The position numbers and the translations under genes were made by a program. From an uncultured Thermoplasmatales archaeon (lineage in GTDB: Archaea; Thermoplasmatota; E2; UBA202; DSCA01), in the NCBI GenBank assembly GCA_964514975.1, contig CAZESS010000002.1, positions 96,059 through 160,058 of the forward strand: 64,000 nt of DNA. The letters run 5' to 3'. Below the pieces are notes generated by a model that made no database searches, was not told the origin of the DNA, and saw only the letters and a list, made by a program, of their open reading frames with translations. Position 1 is the first letter of the stretch; every line of letters begins with the position of its first letter. This document shows, in pieces, positions 1 to 10,030 of the stretch.

Positions 1-611
1 AAAGCGAGCCCGGCAGGTTGAGCAGCGGCGTGGGCTGCAGCTCGAAAACGGCGACGCCGAACACGCCGGCTATGAGGTACAGCACGAGAGCGGCAGTAAC
101 ATGCCGGATGTCTTTTTTCCGTTCCGATGAGCACGATGGACACGGCCAGCAGCACCCATGGCATCACGTCCGAGAGCAGCTCATAGAGCGCGACGGGCGA
201 GCCGAGCAATAGCCTGAAGGGCACAATGCAGGCCAGGCCACCGATGACTGCTCCGGCGCTCCCGGCCGCTGACAGCGCAACGGCGCGGTATCCATGTCCG
301 TGGCGCAGCAGCTCGTGTGCGGGCAGCATTACCAGGGCGGTGTCCTGCTCGGGTGCCCCGAGAAACGTCGAGGGTATGATGTTGACGAAGGTATGTGAGA
401 TGGCGGTGGCGGCGATGACAACGGCCAGGAGCAGCGGCACCATGCCGGCCTGGATGCCCGTGATGCCGGCGAGAAACGAGGAGGCAACGCCGGCCATGGA
501 GAGCAGGAGCAGCGCCACCGTGTTGACGTGCAGGCCTGGGACCAGCCCTGTCATCCATCCGATGATGGTGCCAAAGGCTGCGCAGGCCAGAACGGGTAGC
601 AGCCCCGTCAT
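1..611 (-). CDS. Tripartite tricarboxylate transporter TctA/DUF112-family permease, runs off the window; +1 frameshift at the T6 run 113-118
   Basis: Manual translation from ATG 611: MTGLLPVLACAAFGTIIGWMTGLVPGLHVNTV...HTFVNIIPSTFLGAP...VMLPAHELL, motifs typical of archaeal TctA; the hydrophobic frame resumes after a 1-nt shift (HVTAALVLYLIAGVFG). Confidence 0.8.
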   Translation of the reverse strand, partial: MTGLLPVLACAAFGTIIGWMTGLVPGLHVNTVALLLLSMAGVASSFLAGITGIQAGMVPLLLAVVIAATAISHTFVNIIPSTFLGAPEQDTALVMLPAHELLRHGHGYRAVALSAAGSAGAVIGGLACIVPFRLLLGSPVALYELLSDVMPWVLLAVSIVLIGTEKRHPACYCRSRAVPHSRRVRRRRFRAAAHAAAQPAGLA

Positions 612-612
612 G

Positions 613-1236
613 TCATCCCAGCCGCGTTACCTGGTGGCTGCTGCGCTCGGTCGACAGGTAGAAGCTCAGAGTGTCATGGTCGTAGCGGAGCATCGCTGTG
701 ACGGTCACCTCGTCTCCTCTGGTTATGTTGTACGTTCGCCCGGGATGCCGGACCATGATGCTGCATGTGCCATCGGCGAGGCGGAAGCCATGCATGGTCG
801 CGTTGGCGGCGGTGCCGTTCACGGTGACCGTGGTGTCGCGATATCTGCTGTGCAGGGAGGCGAGCACGGGCAACGGGATGCTGTCGTTTGTGTATGCGAG
901 CACGGTGACGCCGTCGGCCATGATTTCCAGCCTGCCTTCGTATCGCTGAATGGTGCCGGTGACCCGTATGCGGTCGCCCCGCCGCACGGTGACTTCATCG
1001 GGTACGTACACCCTTGCCGATGTGGAGCCATCGCGGAGCAGCAGGCTCGCCGAGCTATCATATCGCTCGACCTGGACGACGAGGCCGGTGACCCGTACCG
1101 TTTTGCCCTCATGCTCTGCCAGGTCGGCCAGCGGGATGGACGTCGGCTCGGATGCCGTGGCGAGCAGGTGCAGCCCGGCGATGCAGACCAGGGCTGCTCC
1201 GAGCAGCAGATACTGCCTCGAGCTTCCAGGGTTCAC
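613..1236 (-). CDS. Membrane-anchored OB-fold protein, probably two OB domains
   Basis: N-terminal TM helix; GKTVRVTGLV...LLLRDGS...GDRIRVTGTIQRYEGRLEI, then a second similar unit. Confidence 0.7.
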   Translation of the reverse strand: MNPGSSRQYLLLGAALVCIAGLHLLATASEPTSIPLADLAEHEGKTVRVTGLVVQVERYDSSASLLLRDGSTSARVYVPDEVTVRRGDRIRVTGTIQRYEGRLEIMADGVTVLAYTNDSIPLPVLASLHSRYRDTTVTVNGTAANATMHGFRLADGTCSIMVRHPGRTYNITRGDEVTVTAMLRYDHDTLSFYLSTERSSHQVTRLG

Positions 1237-1259
1237 GTCCAGACTAATGAATAATAGGT

Positions 1260-1823
1260 TTAAAAACGTTGAGCAGATGATGGGTTGCCGGCTGCTTCCC
1301 TAATATATCGGGTGGGGTCGACGAGGATGCCGGGCCGGCTATCGCCGAACCAGTTGCCGCCCAGATATGCCTCATGTTGTGGCGGCTTCGCCCGATAGAG
1401 CTCGAAATGGAGCATCGATAGGTCGTCATGGTCGCCCAGCTCCCGGATATATGGTGGCGCCCCTGCGGTGATGGCGTCGCGGTTGAGGACGGTGCCGACA
1501 TGGCCGACGAGGTCGCCGCCCCGGACGGTATCCCCGGGGATGACGGCGATGTCGCGGAGCTCCCCGTATCTGGCGACCAGCGCTCCATGGCGTATGAGCA
1601 CGTAATGGGTGGTGTTCCAGTATGGCAGGATGTCCGGCGACGTCATAACATCGGTTTCGATGACCGTTCCATGTTCGACGGCGTAAACCGGGCTGCCCGC
1701 AGGCGCATACAGGTCGACGCCGCAGTGACGCCGGTCGCCACGGTCTTCCCAGAAGGAGCCCGGGCTCCCCCGTGATGGAATCCTGCCACGGCCGTCCGGC
1801 ACGGGCCACCATTTCTCCGTCAT
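1260..1823 (-). CDS. M23 family metallopeptidase
   Basis: HCGVDLYAPAGSPVYAVEHGTV (HxxxD), GDTVRGGDLVGHVG, MLHFEL, VDP. Confidence 0.85.
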   Translation of the reverse strand: MTEKWWPVPDGRGRIPSRGSPGSFWEDRGDRRHCGVDLYAPAGSPVYAVEHGTVIETDVMTSPDILPYWNTTHYVLIRHGALVARYGELRDIAVIPGDTVRGGDLVGHVGTVLNRDAITAGAPPYIRELGDHDDLSMLHFELYRAKPPQHEAYLGGNWFGDSRPGILVDPTRYIREAAGNPSSAQRF

Positions 1824-2503
1824 TCGAGCCCTGCCTGTGTTATCCGGAACGTAGCCCGTCCGCCGCTGGGCCTGGCGCGATGTTTGAGCAGCTCCGCCAT
1901 CCGTGTTTCCGTGCCATCGTCGCTCTGGCCGTCGACCTTGTGCAGGCAGAGCGCTGTTTTCACCATGTGGTCGATGGTCCGCCCGCCGAAGGGTCGCATT
2001 TCTCCGTCCATGGCGTAGACCTGCGAGGTCACCATCACCGGGATGCTGCGTTTCCGGGCGGCCACCTGGAGGGTGACCAGCTGCCGGCTGAGCGAGCGGG
2101 TGGCAGCGCTTTCGTCGCCCTCCATCGACAGCCGGTAGTAGAGGTTGACGCTGTCGACGACGATGAGCCCGCCGTCTATTTTAACGGCTTTTTCCACCAT
2201 CTGCTCCTGTTCGTCCATCGAATAGGGCTGGAAAAAAAGGATGTGCCTGGTGAGCTCCTGGCTGCCGTTGCATATCTGCCCCAGCCGTTCCTCCGACACG
2301 CCCTCGGTGTCCACATAGGCCACCTTGTCCCCCCTGGCGGCGCAGTTCCGGGCTGCCTGCAGGCAGATGTTGGTTTTGCCGCTGCCGCCCTCGCCGTGTA
2401 TCTCGGTGACGATGCCGCATTCAAGGCCGCCGCCAAGCAGGCGGTCGAGCGACGGGCAGTCCAGTGGAAGGACGCATGCATCCACGGGTAGCAAGCTCCA
2501 CAA
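1820..2503 (-). CDS. radB: DNA repair protein RadB
   Basis: LDRLLGGGLE, Walker A GEGGSGKT, YVDTEG, LIVVDS, C-terminal KHR motif. Confidence 0.9.
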   Translation of the reverse strand: MWSLLPVDACVLPLDCPSLDRLLGGGLECGIVTEIHGEGGSGKTNICLQAARNCAARGDKVAYVDTEGVSEERLGQICNGSQELTRHILFFQPYSMDEQEQMVEKAVKIDGGLIVVDSVNLYYRLSMEGDESAATRSLSRQLVTLQVAARKRSIPVMVTSQVYAMDGEMRPFGGRTIDHMVKTALCLHKVDGQSDDGTETRMAELLKHRARPSGGRATFRITQAGLE

Positions 2504-2521
2504 TGCCTAAAAGGTTTTCGT

Positions 2522-3940
2522 TTACACGGCGCCGAGGATACTGCCGGCCTGGCGTATCTCCATCAGGTTGGTGATGCCGGTGACCGAGTTGGGAACACCG
2601 GCGGTGATGACCAGCATGTCGTCGTCGGTGACCTCACCCTGGTTCTTCAAAAAAGACGTGGTGTCGTAGATGAGATCGTCGAAGTATTCCTTGAACGCGA
2701 TATGATAGGGACGGACCCCCCAGACGAGGCGGAGCTGCCGCTGCACCTCCCGCGAGTTTGTGAACGCGATGATGTCGGTCATCGGCCGGTATCTGGAGAT
2801 GTTCCGAGCCGTCGAACCCGACGAGGTATGCGCGACGATGTAGTCGACGTCGATTTCGTTGCAGGCCCGCCAGACGTTCTTGGAGATGATGTCCGCCACG
2901 CTGTTGCTCCCGCCCTCGACGGTCCGATGGACATGGTCACGGAAAAACATTTCCACCTTTTCCAGCACCTCGGCCATGAACATGAACGCCTCCACGGGAT
3001 AGGAGCCGATGGCTGTCTCCTCGGACAGCATGACCGCATCGGTGCCGTCCAGCACCGCATTTGCCACATCCGATGCCTCAGCCCGTGATGCCCGCGGATG
3101 CTCGGTCATCGACTCCAGCATCTGCGTCGCCGTGATAACCGGGGTGCCCCGCGCATTGCACTTCCGGATGATGTTTTTCTGCGTCAACGGGACATCGGAG
3201 GCGGGTATCTCGACGCCCAGGTCGCCACGGGCAACCATGACGCCGTCGGCAGCAGCGATGATAGCGTCGATGTTTTCAAGCGCCTGCATGCTTTCGATTT
3301 TCGAGATGACGCCGGCACGGGAGCCCTGGCTGCGCAGCAGCTCCCGTATCTCCCGGACCTCCCCGGCGGTCTCCACGAACGAGGCCGCAACGAAGTCCAC
3401 GTTTTTTTCCACGCCATACCGGATGTCCCGGCGGTCTTTGTCGGTGGGCGCCTGTAGGTCCAGGTGTCGCCCGGGGACGTTGACGGACTGCTGGCTGCCC
3501 ACCATGCCGCCGTGGCGGACGCGGCAGACGGCGGCGTCATCGACATGTTCGACGACGAGGGCGACGTTGCCGTCATCCAGCAGTATTTCGTCCCCGGGAT
3601 GAATGTGCGCCAGGAGCCCGGGATGGGCGACGGGCAGCATTTCTGCGCTCGATGCATCGCCGATGGTAAGCGAGACAGTGTCGTCCGTGCTGAGCTCACG
3701 GGGCTGCTCCATGACGCCGAGGCGTATCTCCGGTCCCTGTGTGTCAAGCATGATGGCCACCTCGTCGCTTATTTCGCGGATGGCGTCGATGTTCCGGCCG
3801 TGCTGCTCATGGGTGCCATGCGAAAAGTTGAGGCGGGCGACGTCCAGTCCACTGTCGATGAGCTGACGGAGGACCTCCGGTTTTTCCGATGCAGGGCCGA
3901 TGGTCGCCACGATCTTTGTTTTTCTCATGGTCATGTCCAT
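2522..3940 (-). CDS. pyk: Pyruvate kinase
   Basis: RKTKIVATIGPAS, ARLNFSHG, MVARGDLGVE, ITATQMLESM, DGTDAVMLS. Confidence 0.97.
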   Translation of the reverse strand: MDMTMRKTKIVATIGPASEKPEVLRQLIDSGLDVARLNFSHGTHEQHGRNIDAIREISDEVAIMLDTQGPEIRLGVMEQPRELSTDDTVSLTIGDASSAEMLPVAHPGLLAHIHPGDEILLDDGNVALVVEHVDDAAVCRVRHGGMVGSQQSVNVPGRHLDLQAPTDKDRRDIRYGVEKNVDFVAASFVETAGEVREIRELLRSQGSRAGVISKIESMQALENIDAIIAAADGVMVARGDLGVEIPASDVPLTQKNIIRKCNARGTPVITATQMLESMTEHPRASRAEASDVANAVLDGTDAVMLSEETAIGSYPVEAFMFMAEVLEKVEMFFRDHVHRTVEGGSNSVADIISKNVWRACNEIDVDYIVAHTSSGSTARNISRYRPMTDIIAFTNSREVQRQLRLVWGVRPYHIAFKEYFDDLIYDTTSFLKNQGEVTDDDMLVITAGVPNSVTGITNLMEIRQAGSILGAV

Positions 3941-4052
3941 CGGTAAACAGCAGGGCTTTATTTGGTTTTATGCCACCAGGGAATATGCGGCCGGCGGATG
4001 CGGTCACAAAAAAAAATAGATATGTTGATATATCCTCGGGGTATTTTTTCGT

Positions 4053-5393
4053 ATGGTACATCAGGAAACAGACTCCGGAGGAAAGGGAAACGTGTCGTTC
4101 TGGTCGGTGGTCGCCATCGGCATCGGCGGCATGGTCGGCGGCGGCATCTTCGCCGTGCTCGGATTCGCAGTGCAACTCGGCAGGGGGGCAACGCCGGTTT
4201 CGTTTCTGGTGGCAGGCATCGTGGCGGTGCTGACCGCGTATTCATATGCCCGGATGAGCGTCCGGTATCCCAGCGAGGGCGGCACCGTCGAGTTTCTCAA
4301 CAAAGGGTTTGGCCCGGGGTTTTTCACCGGCGGGCTGAACGTCCTCCTCTGGATCAGCTACATCGTCATGCTGTCCCTCTACGCGTACGCATTCGGCCAT
4401 TACGGCGCCAGCTTTTTCAACAGCAACCAGACGCTGTGGACACATCTGCTCATCAGCGTTGGCATCCTGCTCTTTGCAGGACTGAACGCCCTGGGGTCGA
4501 CATTGGTCGGCCGGGCTGAGAAGGCCGTGGTGGCCATCAAGCTGTCAATCCTTTTTCTGTTCATCGCTGTCGGCATATGGAGCATCGACGGCGGCCGCCT
4601 GTCCCCGTCCGCATGGGGCGACCCGGTACACATCGTCGCCGGAGGCATGGTCATTTTTCTCGCCTACGAGGGGTTCGAGCTCATCGCGAACACCGCAAAC
4701 GACGTGGTGCAACCGAAGAAGACGCTTCCCCGGGCGTTTTTCACCGCAGTGGTATTCGTCATCGGGCTCTATGTGGTCATATCGATGGTCACCGTGGGAA
4801 ACCTCGCCATCGCGGACATCGTCTCTGCAAAGGACTACGCGCTGGCCGAGGCAGCCCGCCCGTTTCTCGGCAACGCCGGCTTCGTGCTCATCGCCATCGC
4901 CGCGCTGCTCTCAACCGGCTCCGCCATCAACGCCACATTGTATGGCACCGCCCGGGTGAGCTACATCATCGCGAAGGACGGCGAACTGCCCAGGCAGCTG
5001 GACAAAAAGGTCTGGCATCGACATATCGAGGGATTGCTCATCACCGCCGCGCTGGCGCTCGTCGTTGCCAACCTGTTCGACGTGTCATCCATCTCGATGA
5101 TGGGCAGCGCCGGCTTCCTCATCATCTTTGCGATGGTGAACGTGGCGAACGCGCGTCGCTGCAAGGAGACGGACAGCAACCGGTGGATAGCATTGCTTGG
5201 CGCATCCGTTTGCCTGGGCTCGCTGGTCGCGCTTATCTACAACAGGGCGGTGCATGCGCCGAAGGACCTGGCTGTCCTGGTGGTGATGCTGGCCGCCGCC
5301 TTTGGCATCGAATGGCTGTACCGCCGGATGACGGGGCGGGAGCTGAAGGAAACCATTGCGCCGGGAACGAGGCATGAGGCACGGCAGGATTAG
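4053..5393 (+). CDS. APC-family amino acid permease
   Basis: IGIGGMVGGGIF, YPSEGG, FLAYEGFELIAN, about 12 hydrophobic segments. Confidence 0.9.
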   Translation: MVHQETDSGGKGNVSFWSVVAIGIGGMVGGGIFAVLGFAVQLGRGATPVSFLVAGIVAVLTAYSYARMSVRYPSEGGTVEFLNKGFGPGFFTGGLNVLLWISYIVMLSLYAYAFGHYGASFFNSNQTLWTHLLISVGILLFAGLNALGSTLVGRAEKAVVAIKLSILFLFIAVGIWSIDGGRLSPSAWGDPVHIVAGGMVIFLAYEGFELIANTANDVVQPKKTLPRAFFTAVVFVIGLYVVISMVTVGNLAIADIVSAKDYALAEAARPFLGNAGFVLIAIAALLSTGSAINATLYGTARVSYIIAKDGELPRQLDKKVWHRHIEGLLITAALALVVANLFDVSSISMMGSAGFLIIFAMVNVANARRCKETDSNRWIALLGASVCLGSLVALIYNRAVHAPKDLAVLVVMLAAAFGIEWLYRRMTGRELKETIAPGTRHEARQD

Positions 5394-7234
5394 CTTGCTG
5401 TACCGCCGAGCTGCAGCGACGGGTCGCCGAGGAGCACCCAGGCGGAGACGGTCTTGCAGTCCCAGATGTCCAGGTAGGCGTTGTTCCATTCAACCGGCGA
5501 CGTGTTAAGATATTCGGTGACGGCCGCATTGCACATTTCGCCAGCAACTGCGATGTTCTTCTGGCCGTACTGCTTGAACACCAGGGTGTCGAGGTAACCG
5601 CTTGCATATTCGATGATGTCCGGTTTGCCGTTGCCGTTGACGTCGTCGTCTGCGCCCCATGACAGGCTGGTATAGCCCGTGGTGGCGATGGCACCCTTCC
5701 CCGGGGCGCGGACGAGCTGCCAGGCGAAGCATTGATAGGTGTGGCTCATGTCGGCGATGTGGCAGCCGCCGAGCACGACGAAGGGCAACATGCCCCTGTT
5801 GCCCAAGTCGGGGATGTCCTGTACCTGTATCCCGATCCATGTGTTGTAGTCGTGCGGGGGATGGGTCGCCCAGGAGAGATAGTTGCCGTGTCCCTCCAGG
5901 TTTACGAAGCCGGCGCCCTGGCTCCACTCGTCTTTGATGTTCTCTGTGGTCAGCCCGCCGTTGGAGCCGAGGAGCTTCACCGGCGTGAAGCCGTCCATGT
6001 AGCCAACTGAGGCGTTCACCGTGATCTCTCCCTCGTAGTAGTCTGTTCCCCACTGTGGCATGTCGTTGAACGAGTCCCCGCCGGCCACGACGAAGCGCTT
6101 GTACCAGTCGCCGGCCGCGGTGCTCTCATACGTGATGATCTTGTCGACTGTCAGCCATGCCTCGATAAGGCTGCGGCACGCAAGCCGGCCGACGTGCACA
6201 TCCGGGTACAGGTCCATTTGGTCTATGTTGCCCGAATGGTTGTATTCGCCATAGTAGCCGTTGTCGTTGCTGTCCCATGAGACAAAGCCGCCGCTGCCGT
6301 CGTAGATGTCCGCGTAGTACAGGTCGCTGGTGAACGTCTCCGAGCTGTCGGCTGAAGGCTGCGTATACACGGCCCGCATCGGCACGCGGCCCGGGCCGCC
6401 CATGACGAGCACGTACCGGGTGCCCCACTGCTCGACGGCGTTTTTGATGAAATATTTTATCTGCTCCGCCGCATCGCTGCCCTCGGCCGGGAAAAATCTG
6501 CCGTGGGATATCTGCCATGGCATCGCCCACCGGCATGTGATGCCCAGCGATTCCTTGTGCTCGATGAGGCGGGTGACGGCCGGGTAGAACGTCAGCGGGC
6601 TGATGACCACCATGTCGGCACCGTCGCCGGTCTCGAGCCCTGCACCCGGCTTGTAGGAGACCGATATGTCGACGCTGCGGATGTACTCGATGGCGTCATC
6701 GGCGGGATGATACCGCACGGGATACACGTTCAGCGTGAAAAAGGTGACATGCTCGCCGTTTTGCAGGCCGCCGCTGGTCCGCCATCGTATCCAGTCGGAT
6801 GGAAACGGCTCGCTGCCCCGATATACTGACCCCTCGTGTACCTCGCTGGACAGGTCGCCGTCGCGGGAGATAAGGCGTGGGGCGGGCATCGGCGTGCCCT
6901 GCAGTTCCATCGTGGCGACGTCACCTGTGCTGACCTGCACATCGGATATGCGGGTGCCCAGCGGAAACGAGAGCGTCCTGGTCGCATAGGGCAAAATGGG
7001 TCGTCCGGCGCTCCGCGTGAGACGGCATCCGTCCACGTTGACGTTCAGGTATCCCTGTTTTTCAATCAGGCTGGGTGCCGCGAATTCCATGGAGATATGC
7101 CGCGATGGCCCGCTGTCATCTGTCGCATGCTGCCGCCCTGCTGGTTCATCGATACCGGGGATGCCAACGCTGACCGCGCTCGCCACGAAAAGCCCCGCCA
7201 TCAAAATACCGAGAATCTGTGCTCTCAACCTCAT
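5390..7234 (-). CDS. Secreted C25 (gingipain-like) cysteine peptidase with propeptide
   Basis: Signal peptide; GRPILPYATRTLSFP propeptide; SDLYYAD, PDVHVGRL, GHG, GGCH, LLGDPSL. Confidence 0.88.
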   Translation of the reverse strand: MRLRAQILGILMAGLFVASAVSVGIPGIDEPAGRQHATDDSGPSRHISMEFAAPSLIEKQGYLNVNVDGCRLTRSAGRPILPYATRTLSFPLGTRISDVQVSTGDVATMELQGTPMPAPRLISRDGDLSSEVHEGSVYRGSEPFPSDWIRWRTSGGLQNGEHVTFFTLNVYPVRYHPADDAIEYIRSVDISVSYKPGAGLETGDGADMVVISPLTFYPAVTRLIEHKESLGITCRWAMPWQISHGRFFPAEGSDAAEQIKYFIKNAVEQWGTRYVLVMGGPGRVPMRAVYTQPSADSSETFTSDLYYADIYDGSGGFVSWDSNDNGYYGEYNHSGNIDQMDLYPDVHVGRLACRSLIEAWLTVDKIITYESTAAGDWYKRFVVAGGDSFNDMPQWGTDYYEGEITVNASVGYMDGFTPVKLLGSNGGLTTENIKDEWSQGAGFVNLEGHGNYLSWATHPPHDYNTWIGIQVQDIPDLGNRGMLPFVVLGGCHIADMSHTYQCFAWQLVRAPGKGAIATTGYTSLSWGADDDVNGNGKPDIIEYASGYLDTLVFKQYGQKNIAVAGEMCNAAVTEYLNTSPVEWNNAYLDIWDCKTVSAWVLLGDPSLQLGGTAS

Positions 7235-7301
7235 GGGTATTGCATCGACCGGCTGTTTTTAAGGATTGCCCGGAGATGCGTGGTCGCTCCGTGTGGAGAT
7301 G

Positions 7302-7772
7302 TTACCTGCTGGCGGGCAGGATGCAGTCGTAGAAGACCTGGGTCTCGGCGCTGCCGCTGTTGCCGCTGGTGTCCTCAGCGGTGACGGTGAGGGTGTAGAC
7401 GCCGAAGCCGGGGCCGAGGGAGCCCGTCCATTCGAAGGTGTTGTTGCAGGGGACGAAGTAGGCGTCGATGCCGGGCTTGTCGTCGAGTGATACGGTGACG
7501 GTGAGCTCGCTTGGATGGTCGACGTTGTCGACGGCGACGGCGACGCCTGGCCTGAACAAAAATGCGCCCATGGTCATGGTCAGGCCGAATGGATTGCGGA
7601 ACAGCTGGATGCCGGCAAAATGTATGTATCCCTCCTCGGGGCTGAGGATGGTGACGTCCGGCGGCGTGGTGTCGTCGTCCATGGATGCCGCCGTCCCGGC
7701 TGCATGGCCGCCGGCGATGCCGGCTGCGATGAAAAGGATTGCTAGTGCCAGAGCCAATATCCTGTTGTTCAT
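7302..7772 (-). CDS. Secreted hypothetical protein with Ig-like segment
   Basis: Signal peptide; DTTPPDVTILSP...YTLTVTAEDTSGN. Confidence 0.65.
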   Translation of the reverse strand: MNNRILALALAILFIAAGIAGGHAAGTAASMDDDTTPPDVTILSPEEGYIHFAGIQLFRNPFGLTMTMGAFLFRPGVAVAVDNVDHPSELTVTVSLDDKPGIDAYFVPCNNTFEWTGSLGPGFGVYTLTVTAEDTSGNSGSAETQVFYDCILPASR

Positions 7773-7957
7773 GTTGTGCCTCCTGTCCGTTCATCTGCCA
7801 CATGGTTTTTATACCTTCCGATGTCGCCATGCGCGACGCCCATTCATGGACTACATCGCCGGGCAGCGTGACTACACCCCGCGACGGTATGACACCATTG
7901 ACCGATGGGGCTACACGCCAGAGGGACGAAAAAAGACGGTGGGGTGCACAGCCATCC

Positions 7958-8389
7958 CTACAGCCGCGGGAGAGTGTCCAGCTCGCCGGCGTGGAGGACG
8001 TCGAGCAGCCGTTCGCCTGCCTGCATGACTTCACTGCTCATTTGGTCGAACCATCGGGGCTGGACGCCGATGAGCATGATGTCTGCATCCGCTGTGTCTG
8101 CGAGGTAGTCGATGAACACGCTGAGCGGCATCGCATGGGTGGAAAACGACGCCGTTCCCATCCTGTCCCGGGGTATCCGCCGGATGGCTCCAGGGGAGAG
8201 CCCCATGTCGGCCGCGTCTACGATGACCACGCGCCGGGGCTTCAGCCGCCGTATCTCCCCGGTGTAATTTTCCGGGACGGTGAAACAGTCGACGGCGTGC
8301 CATCCCTCCATGCTCACACGGCGGGCTATCCATGGGCCGATGCCGTCGTCGCCGTTGCCGTCGTTCCCCACGCCGAGGAGCACGTCCAT
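7958..8389 (-). CDS. hycI: Hydrogenase maturation protease (HycI type)
   Basis: LLGVGN..GDDGIG, TVPEN, VIVDAAD, STHAMPL, IGVQP. Confidence 0.88.
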   Translation of the reverse strand: MDVLLGVGNDGNGDDGIGPWIARRVSMEGWHAVDCFTVPENYTGEIRRLKPRRVVIVDAADMGLSPGAIRRIPRDRMGTASFSTHAMPLSVFIDYLADTADADIMLIGVQPRWFDQMSSEVMQAGERLLDVLHAGELDTLPRL

Positions 8390-8440
8390 GCATGGTAAAG
8401 CGCCGGGTATTTTAAAAACGTCGCGGCGGCAAATGTTTAT

Positions 8441-8788
8441 ATGAGCGGGCGTTTTTTTGTGTCAGTGGCACAGGTCAGCAGCGACATCACGGCAGCCCTC
8501 GAAAAACAGGGCAACAACACGCTCGTCAGGGTCCGGGTAGCCACGGGGAGCGACACCGCCCGGTTTCCCGCCGGCTACGACCAATGGCGCCACTGTATCG
8601 AGGCAGCGGTAACGGCGCCGCCGGAGCGCGGCAGGGCGAACAGGGAGCTACTCGAGCTGGCATCTGCTTTTTTTGACCTGGCATCCGATGAAATCGCGCT
8701 GGCATATGGCCATACCGGCCGGGAGAAGGGCGTGCTCATAGGGCGACCGATCGACCACGTGGAACAGCGGCTCAGCCATGGACTATAG
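8441..8788 (+). CDS. DUF167/YggU family protein
   Basis: VTAPPERGRANRELLE...GHTGREK. Confidence 0.85.
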   Translation: MSGRFFVSVAQVSSDITAALEKQGNNTLVRVRVATGSDTARFPAGYDQWRHCIEAAVTAPPERGRANRELLELASAFFDLASDEIALAYGHTGREKGVLIGRPIDHVEQRLSHGL

Positions 8789-9188
8789 AGAGGGACTGGA
8801 GGAGGTCAGGGACATCATCGCGGAGATACGCAGCCGCAACGAGACCGTTCCCATCCTGGTTGAGGGCGAAAAAGACGTGGCGGCGCTCCGCCGTCTCGGT
8901 GTCACCGGGACCATTTTGACCGTCCATGCAGGGGTCTCCCTGGTCGACGTCTGCGATCACATCGCCATGTTGTACAGCGAGATCATCCTGCTGACCGACT
9001 GGGACCGGAAGGGCGGCCGGCTGGCCCGGGCCATCGAAAAAAACCTGTCGGGGCGCACCCGCTGCATCACCGAGTTCCGGGGCCGGCTGGCCGGGCACAC
9101 CATGGTGAAGGACATCGAGGGGCTTCCCTCCTACCTGGACAGCATGCAGCGGAAAATCGAAAACGGGCGGGAACGGCAGCCATCGTAA
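8778..9188 (+). CDS. Small Toprim-domain protein
   Basis: ILVEGEKDVAALRRLG, IILLTDWDRKG. Confidence 0.88.
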   Translation: MDYREGLEEVRDIIAEIRSRNETVPILVEGEKDVAALRRLGVTGTILTVHAGVSLVDVCDHIAMLYSEIILLTDWDRKGGRLARAIEKNLSGRTRCITEFRGRLAGHTMVKDIEGLPSYLDSMQRKIENGRERQPS

Positions 9189-9218
9189 GCTATATGACGC
9201 CTGGGACGATGCAGCAAT

Positions 9219-9797
9219 ATGCGCACCTTTTTGGTCGTCGGAAGCCAGGCCGCCACGGCGCCGTTCAACCTCAACGGGCTGCCCAACGCGGGGCGGATGG
9301 ACGTGCTCTGTCGATGTGTCGGCCAGGCGCTGTGTATCTCCCATGGCGTGCGGCGGGACACCATGCTGTATCTGCTTTTGCTGGGGCCGCCCAATCCGCC
9401 GAAGGCGCTTCATATCCGGGGTGACAGGGTTCGCTACCTGGGGCCCGATGAGCGGAACATCGCCGGTCTCATCCGGAGGGCGCTCGACGTCGATGCAGAT
9501 GATAGCTGGCGGGAGAGCACCCCGGGCGTGTTTGTTGCCCGGCGCGACCTTGCAGGGCTGCTCGACGAGCTGTCACATCCCGTGGTGTATCTGCACGAAG
9601 CGGGCGTGGATATCTGCGAGGCAGAGGTTCCCGGGGGCTGCCTCTGGGTGTTGGGCGACCATGGCGGTCTGCCGCCCATCTGCCGGGACGTCGTGGAAAG
9701 CCGTGCTGACAGGACGGTTGCCCTGTCCCCGCTGTCGCTGCAGGCCGACCAGTGTATCACCCTGGTGCACAACGAGCTCGACCGATGGGAACAGTAG
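9219..9797 (+). CDS. trmY: tRNA (pseudouridine54-N1)-methyltransferase
   Basis: AGRMDVLCRC, SHGVRRD, PDERNIAGLI, VLGDHGG, HNELD (SPOUT fold). Confidence 0.9.
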   Translation: MRTFLVVGSQAATAPFNLNGLPNAGRMDVLCRCVGQALCISHGVRRDTMLYLLLLGPPNPPKALHIRGDRVRYLGPDERNIAGLIRRALDVDADDSWRESTPGVFVARRDLAGLLDELSHPVVYLHEAGVDICEAEVPGGCLWVLGDHGGLPPICRDVVESRADRTVALSPLSLQADQCITLVHNELDRWEQ

Positions 9798-10030
9798 CTA
9801 CGCATGCCCCGGGGTATCCGTGGGTGCAGGTAATCCATGTTATCTTCCGCGGCCTGGTGGTCAGCATTTTTTTTTTCGATGTCGATGCCCATGACCACCG
9901 AGTAGCTGCCGCTGTCCTTCTCTTGCATAATTTCGATGACGACCAGGTCGTGCAGCGTCCGCATTTTGAGGCGGTCGCGGATGCCGATTTTTGGCCTCCA
10001 TGGGTCTGCAACCGCTGCCGTTTTACGGCG

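Noticed and set aside
226-1254. Long alternative-frame ORFs (also 35395-36777, 46862-48553, 52060-53220, 55651-56760)
   Set aside because: Antisense shadows of well-supported genes in GC-rich DNA
7958-8389. Orphan hydrogenase maturation protease as a novelty
   Set aside because: Stand-alone hycI genes are common in archaea
9798-10030. Possible small minus-strand gene (MEAKIGIRDRLKMRTLHDLVVIEI...) or RNA
   Set aside because: Needs at least one frameshift, has no recognisable motif and shows no clear RNA fold
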